Shown: piece after piece, positions 10,023 to 20,628 of the stretch
Layout of the letters: every line of letters begins with the position of its first letter
Position numbering within the stretch: the first letter of the stretch is position 1
Origin: Clostridia bacterium
GTDB lineage: Bacteria > Bacillota > Clostridia > JAAYHZ01
DNA: 64,000 nt
Direction of reading: 5' to 3'
Assembly (NCBI GenBank): GCA_050950825.1
Contig: JBMNIH010000002.1
Span: 1-64,000 of the forward strand
Program-made: the position numbers and the translations under genes
The notes under the pieces: model-generated
The model's input: only the letters and a program-made list of their open reading frames with translations
The model's database searches: none
What the model was told of the DNA's origin: nothing

Positions 10023-11444
10023 TCACCGGGTAATTCCGCAGGATGCCAATAATTCCATTAAAGCGTTCGCCAAATTTTCCGCCGTTTTCGGGCCGATTGA
10101 ATTGGTTTCTTCATAATGCCTACGCCCGTATTTGTCGACGGCATTCTCGATATAAGGAAGCTTTTCATCGAGTAAAAAGTTATTCGGAGGTAAGATGTAA
10201 CCGATTTCGTCGTTGCTAAGACCAAATACCAAAAAGTTGCTGTCACCCAGCATCTCGGCAAAAGTCTTTGGATTTTGAACGGATTCGTGTACGGGAATGA
10301 AAGCTTCATCTCCTCCGTAAGCCAATTCCGGGAACAATTCACCGGGAACAAATATCGCCTTGACATCTCCGATTTCCGCATAAGTGACTTCCGTTCTTAC
10401 CGAAAGGTTAAAAGGTTCTCCGCCTCCTTTAACGGCCTTGGTGGAAAGAATACCTAAAAACTTTTCTATTAAATAAACGGGATTCTCCAAAGGGGATTCA
10501 AAAACTTTGGTTTTAATATTAAAAGACGGCATAAGTACACGTTCATTGTCAATGGACAAAGCGGCATCCGCTAAGATTTCTCCGGTTTTCTCCGTGCTCT
10601 TATACACATCAAGCTGTCTTCCCGATTCGTCCGAAAGGCGTTTGGTATTGATTAATCCGCCGATAGCTCCGGTAAAATATACAAACTCGTCATTGGTCAT
10701 TTCCATTATGCGTTTTCCCATATAAGCCGGAAAATCGGCACTGACCAATGTGTTCTCGGAACGAAGGGCTTCGGGATGTGCTCCAAAATGAATCATTTGA
10801 AGACCTCGAGAGTTGTCGTAGGGTTCGAAACGGAAGCGAAAAAGAGTTTTGCTATAGACTTGCGGATCTCTGCTGTCGTTTAAGATTCCTTCAACTTCAA
10901 CGGAACCTCCGAATAATACACCGTCTTTCCTGTTTTGCCAAGCTCCGACAACCGCATCCACCGTGTTTTTATACAGCATTTCCATAAACTCTTCATCTTT
11001 TCCCGATTGAAGTAACGGTCCCCATATTCCTAACGTATCAATTCCGGCGTGGGTGTGGGTACTGAAAATATTGATGGAGCGGCATCCGCTCTTCTTTTGA
11101 AAATCCTTCAAAAGGCTTCGAATATGCTCCACATCGGTCCGAGTAAGGCCGATACAGTCAATGACTGCCATGACCACACCTCCTCGTCCGGAGTTATCGT
11201 CCATCCAAACGGCACGGACATATTGGGGATCCAATATACCGGTAGCAGGTTTATCAATGTCGTAACCGGCAATATAGTAAGTTTTTGCGGTTATATCCTC
11301 GGGAACAATCTCTCGCTTATCAAAGCCTACCGTCCAATGGGTACCTGTTTTTCGAAATTCATCTTGAGTTTGGCAGGCGGTGAATAAAAGTAAAAACAAA
11401 AATAACATAACAATTGCGACTTTATACTTGAGAATCCGATCCAT
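10023..11444 (-). CDS. Lipoprotein, neutral ceramidase-like family
   Basis: Lipobox FTAC; STHTHAG, HPE, SADFP, PGELFPE, NDEIGY and HYEETNS motifs. Confidence 0.72.
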   Translation of the reverse strand: MDRILKYKVAIVMLFLFLLLFTACQTQDEFRKTGTHWTVGFDKREIVPEDITAKTYYIAGYDIDKPATGILDPQYVRAVWMDDNSGRGGVVMAVIDCIGLTRTDVEHIRSLLKDFQKKSGCRSINIFSTHTHAGIDTLGIWGPLLQSGKDEEFMEMLYKNTVDAVVGAWQNRKDGVLFGGSVEVEGILNDSRDPQVYSKTLFRFRFEPYDNSRGLQMIHFGAHPEALRSENTLVSADFPAYMGKRIMEMTNDEFVYFTGAIGGLINTKRLSDESGRQLDVYKSTEKTGEILADAALSIDNERVLMPSFNIKTKVFESPLENPVYLIEKFLGILSTKAVKGGGEPFNLSVRTEVTYAEIGDVKAIFVPGELFPELAYGGDEAFIPVHESVQNPKTFAEMLGDSNFLVFGLSNDEIGYILPPNNFLLDEKLPYIENAVDKYGRRHYEETNSIGPKTAENLANALMELLASCGITR

Positions 11445-11468
11445 CGTAAAAACTCCCTTCCAAATCGT

Positions 11469-11930
11469 TTACAACACTTCTTGTAATGCTCCGCTTTTTA
11501 TTAAAGGCAGCAGTATTTTTACGATATGCCTTACTTGAATCTCGTTTACCGTTGTAAAATAGACGCTTGCTGCAATCGTTACCGCAAAAAGAATAACAAG
11601 AAGCAGAACAATAACGACGATCACCCGTTTTTTATTCTTCGACTTGCTATAATTTTGAACGGTTAATATACTTGCGATGGCGGAAAACAAAAGGGGAATA
11701 ATCCAAGAAGGCCGAATATCCGCCGTTTTTAACTGTTGAAAGATTTCCGCCAATTCCGAAGATCCGCTAACCTCGAACATGAACCGGGACAGATTCATAA
11801 CCGCCAAACGAACAATAATCCTTGTTACAAGAGTAAAAAGAATAAAAACAAGAGCTCTTTTAATGTGCGGCGAAAAATCGGTCGCCGGCTTTGATTTGTA
11901 TACACCGATCGAAACATCCGAATCTTTCAT
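11469..11930 (-). CDS. Hypothetical membrane protein (about 3 TM)
   Basis: Hydrophobic segments; co-oriented just upstream of the ceramidase-like lipoprotein. Confidence 0.65.
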   Translation of the reverse strand: MKDSDVSIGVYKSKPATDFSPHIKRALVFILFTLVTRIIVRLAVMNLSRFMFEVSGSSELAEIFQQLKTADIRPSWIIPLLFSAIASILTVQNYSKSKNKKRVIVVIVLLLVILFAVTIAASVYFTTVNEIQVRHIVKILLPLIKSGALQEVL

Positions 11931-12122
11931 TTTAATTCACCTACCCTGTCGTTATTATTTAATTCAAATATATGCCTCGGTTCTTTTATTTACGGATGTT
12001 TAAAATATTCGAAACGTGTTTTATGGGAAATAAATAACTTTTTTCGTCAATTAGATTATACCATATTCCTTTTATTATTCTCCAATGAAAAAAGCCTTCC
12101 CGAAGCCTTATCTTGCTTTTGC

Positions 12123-14261
12123 TTACAACGTTAATTCCGCTTTCGCTCCGGTTAGCGCTTCTTGCTCGATAATTCTTTCATACAGCTGTATTTGCCAGCT
12201 TGCGGCTGCCAAGCTGTCGAAGAACATCCGTTCGCTCTTGTATCCCTTCAAAGCCCAATGGATGGCGGTACATTGCTCGTTCAAATCTTTCATCTCTTTT
12301 GCAATTTTTTTGCAGCTTTCATTTTCGCCTTTATTGTGCGCTTGGGAATACAGCAATATCAAACGATAAATGGTGTAAAGGTCCGTTCCGTATTCCAAAT
12401 GGGTCTTCAATTGCCAAAGCCGCTCTTTAACGGCACCTTCCTTTTCGCCTTCATAGAGCATGACGGATTCGGCATATGCTTCCTTCAACATTGCATAGCC
12501 CGATTCAAAGTCAATTCCGGCATTGGGATCGTCCAATATTTTATCGAATTGCACGTGTTTCGAAACGAAGGGTTTGTCCTTGGTAATGTTTCTCTTCAGA
12601 GCGTTAATGACGCCGTCCACAAATTGGTAATGGAATATATATTTGCAGTTTTCCAATGCTTTTTCGACTTTCTTTAAAATGCTCTTCACGTCCGCCGCTT
12701 TTTGTTCATAAAATACATTCAGCATTTGGTCGATGAAGGCTTCAACGTCCAAATCGATATCCCATAATAAAGCGGCATACAGATTGTTGTTAATGATTTT
12801 TGCACCCCAGCTGTCGGAAATCATATGCATGAAATTAAAGTGTCTTGCTCCCCATTTATAGTAATCCGGCATATCTTTTGCTATACGATCCGCCAAAACT
12901 ACCGGTATGGATGCAAAGGAGCTGACGTTAAAGTATTCGCCGATCACCAAATCCCCTTTGTAATACCGATCCTCTTTCATCGTCCATTCCCTGATTCGAT
13001 CCGCTAAGATGGTATTGGCTTCCGTGCATCTTTCATCAAACAAATCATGAACATAGCAGCGCTCAATGGTAAATAGATTCACGGTGATCATGTCGTAATC
13101 GAAATCCTCCGGCAGAGGTTTGTCCGGACCCGGCAACGTTTCATGGTAAGCGGGCACAATCAATAGAATATCGCGTTTTAAATGTCCTTTCTTTTGTGCA
13201 TCTTTGATGGCTTTCATCAATTCGTATGCCACCAGCAGAATTTGGCGAGTATAGTTTCCCAGCTTGGCACATTCTTCGCATTCGCACCATTTGCCGTTGT
13301 CTAAAGGCCATACGTTAATAAAGTCCGCATCCTTTAATGACCCGCCTATAATGGAGTTCAAAAAGTTTTTGCAAAACTCTTTAACCGCATCCTTATTGGA
13401 CATGCAGAAATTATTGCCGGTATAGTAGCCTTTGGCGGCGGCATCCTTGTTAACGCCGGCTTCCCTCTTTCCGTTCCTCAGTGCGAACCATTCCGGATGT
13501 GTTTCGAAATAGGTTTTCGGAGGCTCTCCCGGAGCGGGTATATAATTCGGGTCCGGTTGATCGGCAGGTAAATACTCGTACATAGCTTTATGGCCTCCGC
13601 CGCTGATTTTGATTCCCAGCTTTTTCACGAAAGGAACGTTTTTCACTTCATGAAGCGACATATTATCCAAGCGATTGGCAATCATCCATTCCAAGAATTG
13701 CTCGTTGGTATCATCGGAATAGCCGCTCAAAAAACCTCTTGTTTTGTAGTCCGGCTCTTCGACAACGGTATCGTTTAACGGCGTCAATTTTTCAAGCTTG
13801 GGAATAACAAACCCGTACTCGTCCGGAGATATAAAGGCAAAGCCTTGTGTCTTCAAATAGTGATACATGGCATACAAGACGGCGATGCGGGAATTCCCGT
13901 ACAGCAGAATTCGCTTTTCAAGACCCGGGAGCTCCCGGATGATATAACCGTCCTTTGACGATAACGGGTTCGGCAGATCCTTTAAACCTAAATATGAGAA
14001 TATCTCCCGGCTTGAATTTTTCCCGGCAATAACAAAGGTCAAATCATTTGCTTCCGCATCCGAAAGATTATCGATTAATGATACATAATCAAGCTCCGCC
14101 TTTTTTAAGTAGTCGTAAAGCTTATAGGCTGCAAAGGATTCGGTACAAATGTCGCATAGAGGATTGCCGGAATCCAACCAATCAATGTTTGCTTCGGCAA
14201 AAGCCGCTTCACGGATCGTAGAAAAAGAACCGTGATATGCATAAACGTTTATTTTATTCAT
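12123..14261 (-). CDS. DUF4838-type putative glycoside hydrolase
   Basis: GH20/67-like N-domain (DGYII..., AVLYAMYHYL), YFETHPEWFAL, CMSN, DNGKWCECEEC. Confidence 0.72.
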   Translation of the reverse strand: MNKINVYAYHGSFSTIREAAFAEANIDWLDSGNPLCDICTESFAAYKLYDYLKKAELDYVSLIDNLSDAEANDLTFVIAGKNSSREIFSYLGLKDLPNPLSSKDGYIIRELPGLEKRILLYGNSRIAVLYAMYHYLKTQGFAFISPDEYGFVIPKLEKLTPLNDTVVEEPDYKTRGFLSGYSDDTNEQFLEWMIANRLDNMSLHEVKNVPFVKKLGIKISGGGHKAMYEYLPADQPDPNYIPAPGEPPKTYFETHPEWFALRNGKREAGVNKDAAAKGYYTGNNFCMSNKDAVKEFCKNFLNSIIGGSLKDADFINVWPLDNGKWCECEECAKLGNYTRQILLVAYELMKAIKDAQKKGHLKRDILLIVPAYHETLPGPDKPLPEDFDYDMITVNLFTIERCYVHDLFDERCTEANTILADRIREWTMKEDRYYKGDLVIGEYFNVSSFASIPVVLADRIAKDMPDYYKWGARHFNFMHMISDSWGAKIINNNLYAALLWDIDLDVEAFIDQMLNVFYEQKAADVKSILKKVEKALENCKYIFHYQFVDGVINALKRNITKDKPFVSKHVQFDKILDDPNAGIDFESGYAMLKEAYAESVMLYEGEKEGAVKERLWQLKTHLEYGTDLYTIYRLILLYSQAHNKGENESCKKIAKEMKDLNEQCTAIHWALKGYKSERMFFDSLAAASWQIQLYERIIEQEALTGAKAELTL

Positions 14262-14276
14262 GTGCACCTCCTAATG

Positions 14277-15557
14277 TTAATCCGATACATGAATCGGATT
14301 TCGAAAACCGATTAAATCGCATTGGTAATCTTTTTCATATCCGTCTTCCTTAGAAGCCGGAATCCAAGGGCATGTATAGATATAGCCGTTCGGATGTACC
14401 GCAATGGTTTGGGTATTTGTGGGATATCGTCCGTCGGAAAGCTTAATGACCCCGTGGTCCGTCAGCTTACCCGAAGACAAATCATAAGTGGTCAGTGACA
14501 AATACCCTCCTGCATGGACATTTTGCGGCTTGCTTTTTTGATCCGGCATTTCAAAACCGGAAATATAGTGCAGGATGTTGTCTTTTACGGGATCCTTCGT
14601 CAGCGTCATGTAGCCGTAACGGAACAGCTCGTACATTCCGTGTTTGATACACATCTCGTTGCATATCCGCGTAATGACTTCCAATTTTTGCTTGAGAGGA
14701 TCGAAGGTAAACAAATATCCGGATTTTCCGTGTACACCGTAGAACAAACGGTGACCTTCATGCCAGAATATGCTTCGCCAATTGTACCCTTGGTGTCCTC
14801 CCTTGTGCGGGTCCCAAGATCCGAAAATATCCTTTTTCATGGAAGCCCATTTAACGGTGTTAATTTTCTTCGTTTCATAATCCATGACGAATATTTCTCC
14901 GTCCGGGTTGGTGAAATAGACATCGCCGGTTCTCGGATCAATGGCGACCATGCGGCAGAGGCAGAAATAATTTTCTCCGAGGCCTACTTCTCCTCCGCGA
15001 GATACTTGCCCGTACACCTCGGTTGACCCCATTTTTATATCATAGGTCATCCATATGCCTTTCGGCCATGTTAAACAATAGATCATTCCTCTTTGGGCAT
15101 CCATACCGGACAAGATGATACCTTCCTCCGACGGAGCCGTTGCAAGAACGGTAAACCTTTTACTTTTTTTATCGTACTCTATAATCTTCCCTCCGGGATA
15201 AGGCGTATATCCTTCCGGAGGAGGCGCAGGTTCTTCTTTACCGTCGTTACCTTGGTAATATCCGTAATGAGTGGTGATATAGATTTTATCTTCGGTCTCC
15301 ATAAAAGGGGCGTGGGATTTCCCTTGTGGAAGAGACTTTTTCCCGGTCTCTCCCGTAACATCGCCTAGGTCTGCAAAAAGAGAAACATTCCCCGTTTCAG
15401 GATCGAAACGATAAACTCTCCCGTGGGTGTTCAGGTCGTGGGAGCTGATGGTGTAATAGACCAATCCGTCGCTCAAGACGGAAAGCGAATTAAAGTTGGA
15501 ATCTCCTTTTTTGAAACCGGAAGGGTATAACGTGGCGGTTATTTCTTTCTCAAACAT
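14277..15557 (-). CDS. Hypothetical beta-propeller protein
   Basis: Repeated xFDPxTG/YD blades and a QGKSH motif. Confidence 0.65.
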   Translation of the reverse strand: MFEKEITATLYPSGFKKGDSNFNSLSVLSDGLVYYTISSHDLNTHGRVYRFDPETGNVSLFADLGDVTGETGKKSLPQGKSHAPFMETEDKIYITTHYGYYQGNDGKEEPAPPPEGYTPYPGGKIIEYDKKSKRFTVLATAPSEEGIILSGMDAQRGMIYCLTWPKGIWMTYDIKMGSTEVYGQVSRGGEVGLGENYFCLCRMVAIDPRTGDVYFTNPDGEIFVMDYETKKINTVKWASMKKDIFGSWDPHKGGHQGYNWRSIFWHEGHRLFYGVHGKSGYLFTFDPLKQKLEVITRICNEMCIKHGMYELFRYGYMTLTKDPVKDNILHYISGFEMPDQKSKPQNVHAGGYLSLTTYDLSSGKLTDHGVIKLSDGRYPTNTQTIAVHPNGYIYTCPWIPASKEDGYEKDYQCDLIGFRNPIHVSD

Positions 15558-15581
15558 AGCGGACCCTCCTAAAATTTTAAT

Positions 15582-17057
15582 TTAACTTTGCACCGTACCG
15601 CTTGCGATACCATGGTATTCATCCAGAAACCATTCGGCTACTTTTCTCATGTAAATGGCAATGTCGTTGTTTTTAAACGAAAAAGTAATTTTCAAAGTAC
15701 CCAAATAGATATCGGTGATGTAAACCAGCATATTCAGCTTATGCTCTTCCACCCAAGCGGCGGATGCCAAGCATTTGTACGGAATTCCGGATTCCTTTCC
15801 GATTTGCTCCATGTAGTAATTGGTTTGCGGGAAATGCCCTGCTACTTTCTTGCCGATTCCGAATCTTAGGCTTTTGAATCCCGAAGCATTCTCATATTCC
15901 CAAACGCCTTCGTCGCCTTCAAAGATCAGTCTCGTTCTTGTGATATTCATAGGATTTTCATTGAGTTCATACCAAACGCCGTTGATTTTATCTACGTAAG
16001 AAGAGTGTAGCGCTCCGTATTCAGGCAAAATGTGAAGACTCTTTATTTTTTCGTTCAATTTCGCTAAGCTTTCCGGATCTTCAGGAAGCGGTTCGTCGGA
16101 TATTTTCTCAAAGAGCCGCTCGAAATGCTTTTGGATACCGAAACCGGTAGGTCCCGCTCCTTGGGTATCGGATATGCAAGCGAAAATGAAGTCTTTGTCG
16201 GGGAAGCAATAAGCCAATTGGCTTCCCATTCCTCGGAAGGAAAAGCCGTTGTTTTTTTCTCTCCATATTTGATATCCGTATCCTTCTCGGGTCTCGATGG
16301 CAATATTGGAATTGTCGATTTGCTTGGAGGTGGCCGCTTCGATATATTCTTTTGAAATCAATTGTTTGTCTCCCCATTTTCCTTTGTTTAAGCAAACGTA
16401 AGCCAATTTCGCCATATCTCTTAGCTTGCAAAGGACTCCGGAGCCTCCCCAAGACGTTCCTTCCGGCGTTTTGATACACCAAGCTTCTTTCGTAAAGCCG
16501 ATAGGATCCAAAAGCTTGGGCCGCATATACTCTAAGAAAGGCATACCGCTGATTCGTTCCACAATGGTGTTAAGAACGACGGTAGCGGCCGTATCATAGG
16601 AAAAGATCGTTCCCGACGGATGGGTAGGATTCATATGGAAAAAGGTAGCCGCCCAGTCCTTATCCCCACGTCCGTAAGAATTACGAGGATTTTGAGTCGC
16701 CATCATCAACAAATCTCTTACGGTTGCTTGTGCCGTATACGGATGAAGGTTTTCGGGGCATTTGTCGGGTAAAAATTTCGATACGGGATCGTTCAATGAC
16801 AGTTTCCCTTCGTCAATCATTAAACCTATAGCAAGAGATACAAAGCTTTTACTGACGGAATACATGCGATGCATGCTGTCTTTATGATACGGCGCCCAGT
16901 AGCCTTCTGCGGCAATAAGACCGTGGCGTACCAATAAAAATCCATGCATACAGGTGCGATCTCGGTCTATTCCTTCCAAAAATTCAAGAACGGCTTTCGA
17001 AGGAATGCCTACGCTTTCGGGTGAGTTTGCCGGCGAAAATAGTTTGTTCGTATTCAT
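15582..17057 (-). CDS. Serine hydrolase, beta-lactamase/NylB-like family
   Basis: YSVSKS (SxxK), DLLMM, FSYDT, GYGYQIW. Confidence 0.85.
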   Translation of the reverse strand: MNTNKLFSPANSPESVGIPSKAVLEFLEGIDRDRTCMHGFLLVRHGLIAAEGYWAPYHKDSMHRMYSVSKSFVSLAIGLMIDEGKLSLNDPVSKFLPDKCPENLHPYTAQATVRDLLMMATQNPRNSYGRGDKDWAATFFHMNPTHPSGTIFSYDTAATVVLNTIVERISGMPFLEYMRPKLLDPIGFTKEAWCIKTPEGTSWGGSGVLCKLRDMAKLAYVCLNKGKWGDKQLISKEYIEAATSKQIDNSNIAIETREGYGYQIWREKNNGFSFRGMGSQLAYCFPDKDFIFACISDTQGAGPTGFGIQKHFERLFEKISDEPLPEDPESLAKLNEKIKSLHILPEYGALHSSYVDKINGVWYELNENPMNITRTRLIFEGDEGVWEYENASGFKSLRFGIGKKVAGHFPQTNYYMEQIGKESGIPYKCLASAAWVEEHKLNMLVYITDIYLGTLKITFSFKNNDIAIYMRKVAEWFLDEYHGIASGTVQS

Positions 17058-17141
17058 GACGACACCTCTCTTTTTTTATTTGTTTTTTTATGTGAAAAAG
17101 GTAAAATCCTCAATGTGTTATTGAGGATTCGCATTTTTTAT

Positions 17142-17975
17142 TTATTCAATTCGGACGATCATACCGTCATAAGAAACCAAAAAACCTTCTTTTTCCGCAA
17201 GGGGTACAAGTTCGTCATAGATAGCCTTTCCGTTATGAGAAAAATGATGCAGGCAGAACCTAGTGTTCTCTTTGGTGCATCCCGTACAGATCAGCCGCTC
17301 CTTCACCTCGATGCATGTTGAAAAGCCCATATGTCCTCGGCTGCAGTCCAAAAGTCCGCAAGTACAGTCGAGAGATACAAAGTCGAACTTGATTTCATTC
17401 TTCTCCAGATATTCCCACGATACATCAGGGAAATATCCGGTATCGTTAGCGTACAGCAAAGTCTTGTCCTCTTTTTGAATTACATAAATAACAGGGTCCG
17501 ATGAAGCGGAATGATCGGCACGCAAAGGAATAACGGTATATTCTTCAACGGTGAAGGGATGAAAAGGCGTGATGACTTGAAAAGCTACGCGATTGTCTCT
17601 TTCCAGCCGGGCGTCTTCCATTTCTTTTTTAACGGGTACGCCTACGCCTTCCGTTCCGTAAAAGGTCAAACAAGCTTCTTCCGTAAAATGAGCAAACCCC
17701 GTTCTTCTCATTCCGATATCTTCAGGATACAAATGATCGCTGTGGTTGTGGGTAAGCAGGCAATGTTTTACGCTTGCCAAATCCAGACCTCCGTACAATA
17801 CATGCATATAGGTGTCCGGAGGAAAATCAATCAAAAGCTTATCGTCCACGATGGCTTGGGAACGGGTACGAATGTTTCTTCCGCCGGCTTTTATGGCTTT
17901 CTTGCAAAACTCGCATTGGCAAAATATCCCCGGCCAGCCTTCCGCCGCCGCTGTTCCTAGGTATTGAAATTTCAT
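17142..17975 (-). CDS. MBL-fold metallo-hydrolase (PhnP-like)
   Basis: LGTAAAEGWP..FCQCEFC, THNHSDH, DTG, HFSH. Confidence 0.85.
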   Translation of the reverse strand: MKFQYLGTAAAEGWPGIFCQCEFCKKAIKAGGRNIRTRSQAIVDDKLLIDFPPDTYMHVLYGGLDLASVKHCLLTHNHSDHLYPEDIGMRRTGFAHFTEEACLTFYGTEGVGVPVKKEMEDARLERDNRVAFQVITPFHPFTVEEYTVIPLRADHSASSDPVIYVIQKEDKTLLYANDTGYFPDVSWEYLEKNEIKFDFVSLDCTCGLLDCSRGHMGFSTCIEVKERLICTGCTKENTRFCLHHFSHNGKAIYDELVPLAEKEGFLVSYDGMIVRIE

Positions 17976-18240
17976 GATGAGTCCTCCTTGTTGTATTCCC
18001 ATTGATTATACCGCAAAATAATGAGGTTGGCATTAAATTGATTTATTCGTGTTTGTTTTTTTATTATACGTTTAAATCGTCATCTGTTCTATGATTTCAA
18101 AGCTCATCCCCTGCCGGTCTTCTTCGGTTCCTGCGTCTTTCACCGTCATCTTAACCCGGCGATCCGACAGTATTCCCCGAATCAAAAGACGGTTGTCCTC
18201 GATTGCCGTTATATATACATCTTTTGCTTATAATCATCGG

Positions 18241-19164
18241 TTATGTTTTCTGCAGTTTCCGGCGGTATTGCCCCGGTGAGCTTCCGGTTTCTTTTTTGAA
18301 TACTCTGTTGAAGTAAGTAATGTCGTTATACCCGCAGGATTGGCAAATTTCCGTTATGGTGTCTTTTGTTTCCGCCAAAAGCACCATGGCTTTTCGGATT
18401 CGCAAATGATTGATGTATTCGGTAAAGGTTTTTCCCGTCGATTGTTTGAAATAGTGTGAAAAATAGGTTTTGGACATGGCAGCGATTTTGCATATATCTT
18501 CGATATAGATTTTAGCCGAGTAGTGATTGTTAATATAATCAATGGCTTTGTTCATGTTTTCTTTGAAACTGTCATAAATTCGAATACGTAAGTTTTCCTC
18601 GCCGTCGGCGTTTTCCCGTGCGATAAGAATGAGCAATTTGATTAAATCGGATTTAATGTTGATATCGAAGTATTTGCGCTCGAAAGTAAACTCGTTAAGC
18701 ATATTCGTAAAAAGAGCTTCCGTTTCAACGGTGGCTTGTCCGGTCAGACAAAGATTGGGCTGCAGAACATTTGTAATATTAAAAATCGGTTTCATGTATT
18801 CGGCATTAAATTTCCCGGGACCGGAAACAATGCTTCGCATCGCTTCATCTGCAAAAGAAGGAGAAAACTCGCAACCGAAAATTTTCAAGCCGGTCTCTCC
18901 AAAGGGTAGGATTTGATGGCTGACAAAAGGAGGCAAGATAAAAAGACTGCCTTTGGTTAGTCGGTAGGTTGTCCCGTCTACAAAATGTCCGCAGCTGCCT
19001 TCTAATACATACCATATCTGCACATAATCATGGGTATGATAGGACGTTCCCGTAATGCTGCCGTAATCCAATAAATAGACCTTGTAGGGAATGGATTTGG
19101 TAAACGTGACTTCCGCTTTATTTATTTTAGCATTTTGAATTCTTTCATCTTCCATTAAAATCAC
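18241..19164 (-). CDS. AraC-family transcriptional regulator (cupin plus HTH)
   Basis: HTHDYVQIWYV cupin; C-terminal YFSHYFKQ...GYNDITYFNRVFKKETGSSPGQYR. Confidence 0.92.
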   Translation of the reverse strand: MILMEDERIQNAKINKAEVTFTKSIPYKVYLLDYGSITGTSYHTHDYVQIWYVLEGSCGHFVDGTTYRLTKGSLFILPPFVSHQILPFGETGLKIFGCEFSPSFADEAMRSIVSGPGKFNAEYMKPIFNITNVLQPNLCLTGQATVETEALFTNMLNEFTFERKYFDINIKSDLIKLLILIARENADGEENLRIRIYDSFKENMNKAIDYINNHYSAKIYIEDICKIAAMSKTYFSHYFKQSTGKTFTEYINHLRIRKAMVLLAETKDTITEICQSCGYNDITYFNRVFKKETGSSPGQYRRKLQKT

Positions 19165-19288
19165 ATACCTATAGCAATACCGAGGTTTCTTTGTTATAGC
19201 TTATCATAATTTAGTTTTTTTTCAAATCCTTCGCAACGTGAAAAAACACGCGGCAAAAGTCGGCATTCGATTCCCGCACCTTTATAAA

Positions 19289-19322
19289 AGCAACCGTCCG
19301 ATTTTCTGCTCGGACGGTTGCT
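19289..19322. terminator. Hairpin/terminator containing the REP core AACCGTCC
   Basis: AGCAACCGTCCGA-ttttctgc-TCGGACGGTTGCT downstream of 19336..20613. Confidence 0.65.
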
Positions 19323-19335
19323 CTTTAAAAATCTA

Positions 19336-20613
19336 TTACCAAATTTTTTTTGCCAATTCCAACAATCGATCTTGCATGATATATCCGGCATCGGGAATCA
19401 ATTGGCTGGTTACACAAAGCCTTGCTTCGTAAATTCCCGGTTTAAACAGCTCTTTGATGGGGATATAACCGACACATCCGTTTGCCAAGTTCGCAGACAT
19501 AACGAATTTACTCGGTGAATGTTTCTTAAGATAGTGAGCAAATTCCACGTAAATTTCCCCCGGCATGCCGTATAAGGCCAAATCGCCGATTCTTAAGGTT
19601 TGTATCACAACGGGAATTTGCTTTACGCCTTCCTTTTGGAATAGAAAAGCTTGTTCGGCATAGAATCGGTCTACGACCGACGGATTTTCCATTTGCCGAA
19701 CCTTTGCAGCCCATTTTAAAAGCTCTTCGTCCGGTTCTCTCGTGGGAATCGTAAAATATTCGTGAGCGCCGTCAATTTTCACGTTGTCGCACAACGGTGC
19801 CGTTTCTCGCGTACGAATAACTTCCGCCGCCAGCATCCTGCCCATCCGTTTATAATGCTCCGGAGCTTGATGAAATCCCTTTTCAAAATCCAAGTGGTTG
19901 ATGTTTCCGCAAAAACCGTTGATATATACGGGTATAAAGGAAGGGCCGAATACTTTTTTCAAGGTTTCTTTCATGGCGCCGGGATAGTCCGCCGAATACT
20001 TGGTTCCTCCTACGCAGTCGCAGTGGCATGTATAATTGACGATAGCACCGTAAGGCGTTCCGTCCGGAAGATCGATTCTTAAAACGCCAACCTCCGGATC
20101 AATGGGTCCGAAGGGTTTCTTATCTCCTCCCATGCCGGCATTCGTTCGATACGTACCGTCAGCGAAAACATAATCCCGGTAATAAGCGATTCGGTCTTCA
20201 TAGCCCTTTCCGTATCCGATCCGAACGTTTCTTTGGACTTGGTGTGCCATACAGGCGGCATCGACGATACGAGATCTTAAAAACTCAATATATCTCGGAT
20301 CCTCGTGAACAAAATCATCCCATGTTTCCACAGGTCCTCCGGTATGGGTATGGGTGGCAACCACCATAATACATTCTTTTTTCATATCCAATTTTTCGGC
20401 AATAGCAATTCTCGCCTCTTCCGCCGTCTTATCCGGTATTAAGATGGCATCGCAGGATACGATCACCGCTTTTTCTCCTTCGTTGTTGCACATATATACG
20501 GCATGAGCATACAGCTTATCCAGTATGCCGTCCGATATACGCATGTAAAATTGCCCGGGTATTTCCGATCCTAACGAAGGCGTAATATCCGTTTCATACA
20601 AACCGCATTTCAT
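19336..20613 (-). CDS. Neutral/alkaline ceramidase N-terminal-domain family protein (cytoplasmic)
   Basis: DITP, ATHTHTGGP, NYTCH, SADYPG, NGFCGNINH, PGEIY, GYIP...YE. Confidence 0.8.
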   Translation of the reverse strand: MKCGLYETDITPSLGSEIPGQFYMRISDGILDKLYAHAVYMCNNEGEKAVIVSCDAILIPDKTAEEARIAIAEKLDMKKECIMVVATHTHTGGPVETWDDFVHEDPRYIEFLRSRIVDAACMAHQVQRNVRIGYGKGYEDRIAYYRDYVFADGTYRTNAGMGGDKKPFGPIDPEVGVLRIDLPDGTPYGAIVNYTCHCDCVGGTKYSADYPGAMKETLKKVFGPSFIPVYINGFCGNINHLDFEKGFHQAPEHYKRMGRMLAAEVIRTRETAPLCDNVKIDGAHEYFTIPTREPDEELLKWAAKVRQMENPSVVDRFYAEQAFLFQKEGVKQIPVVIQTLRIGDLALYGMPGEIYVEFAHYLKKHSPSKFVMSANLANGCVGYIPIKELFKPGIYEARLCVTSQLIPDAGYIMQDRLLELAKKIW

Positions 20614-20628
20614 GAGAATCCCCCTTTT

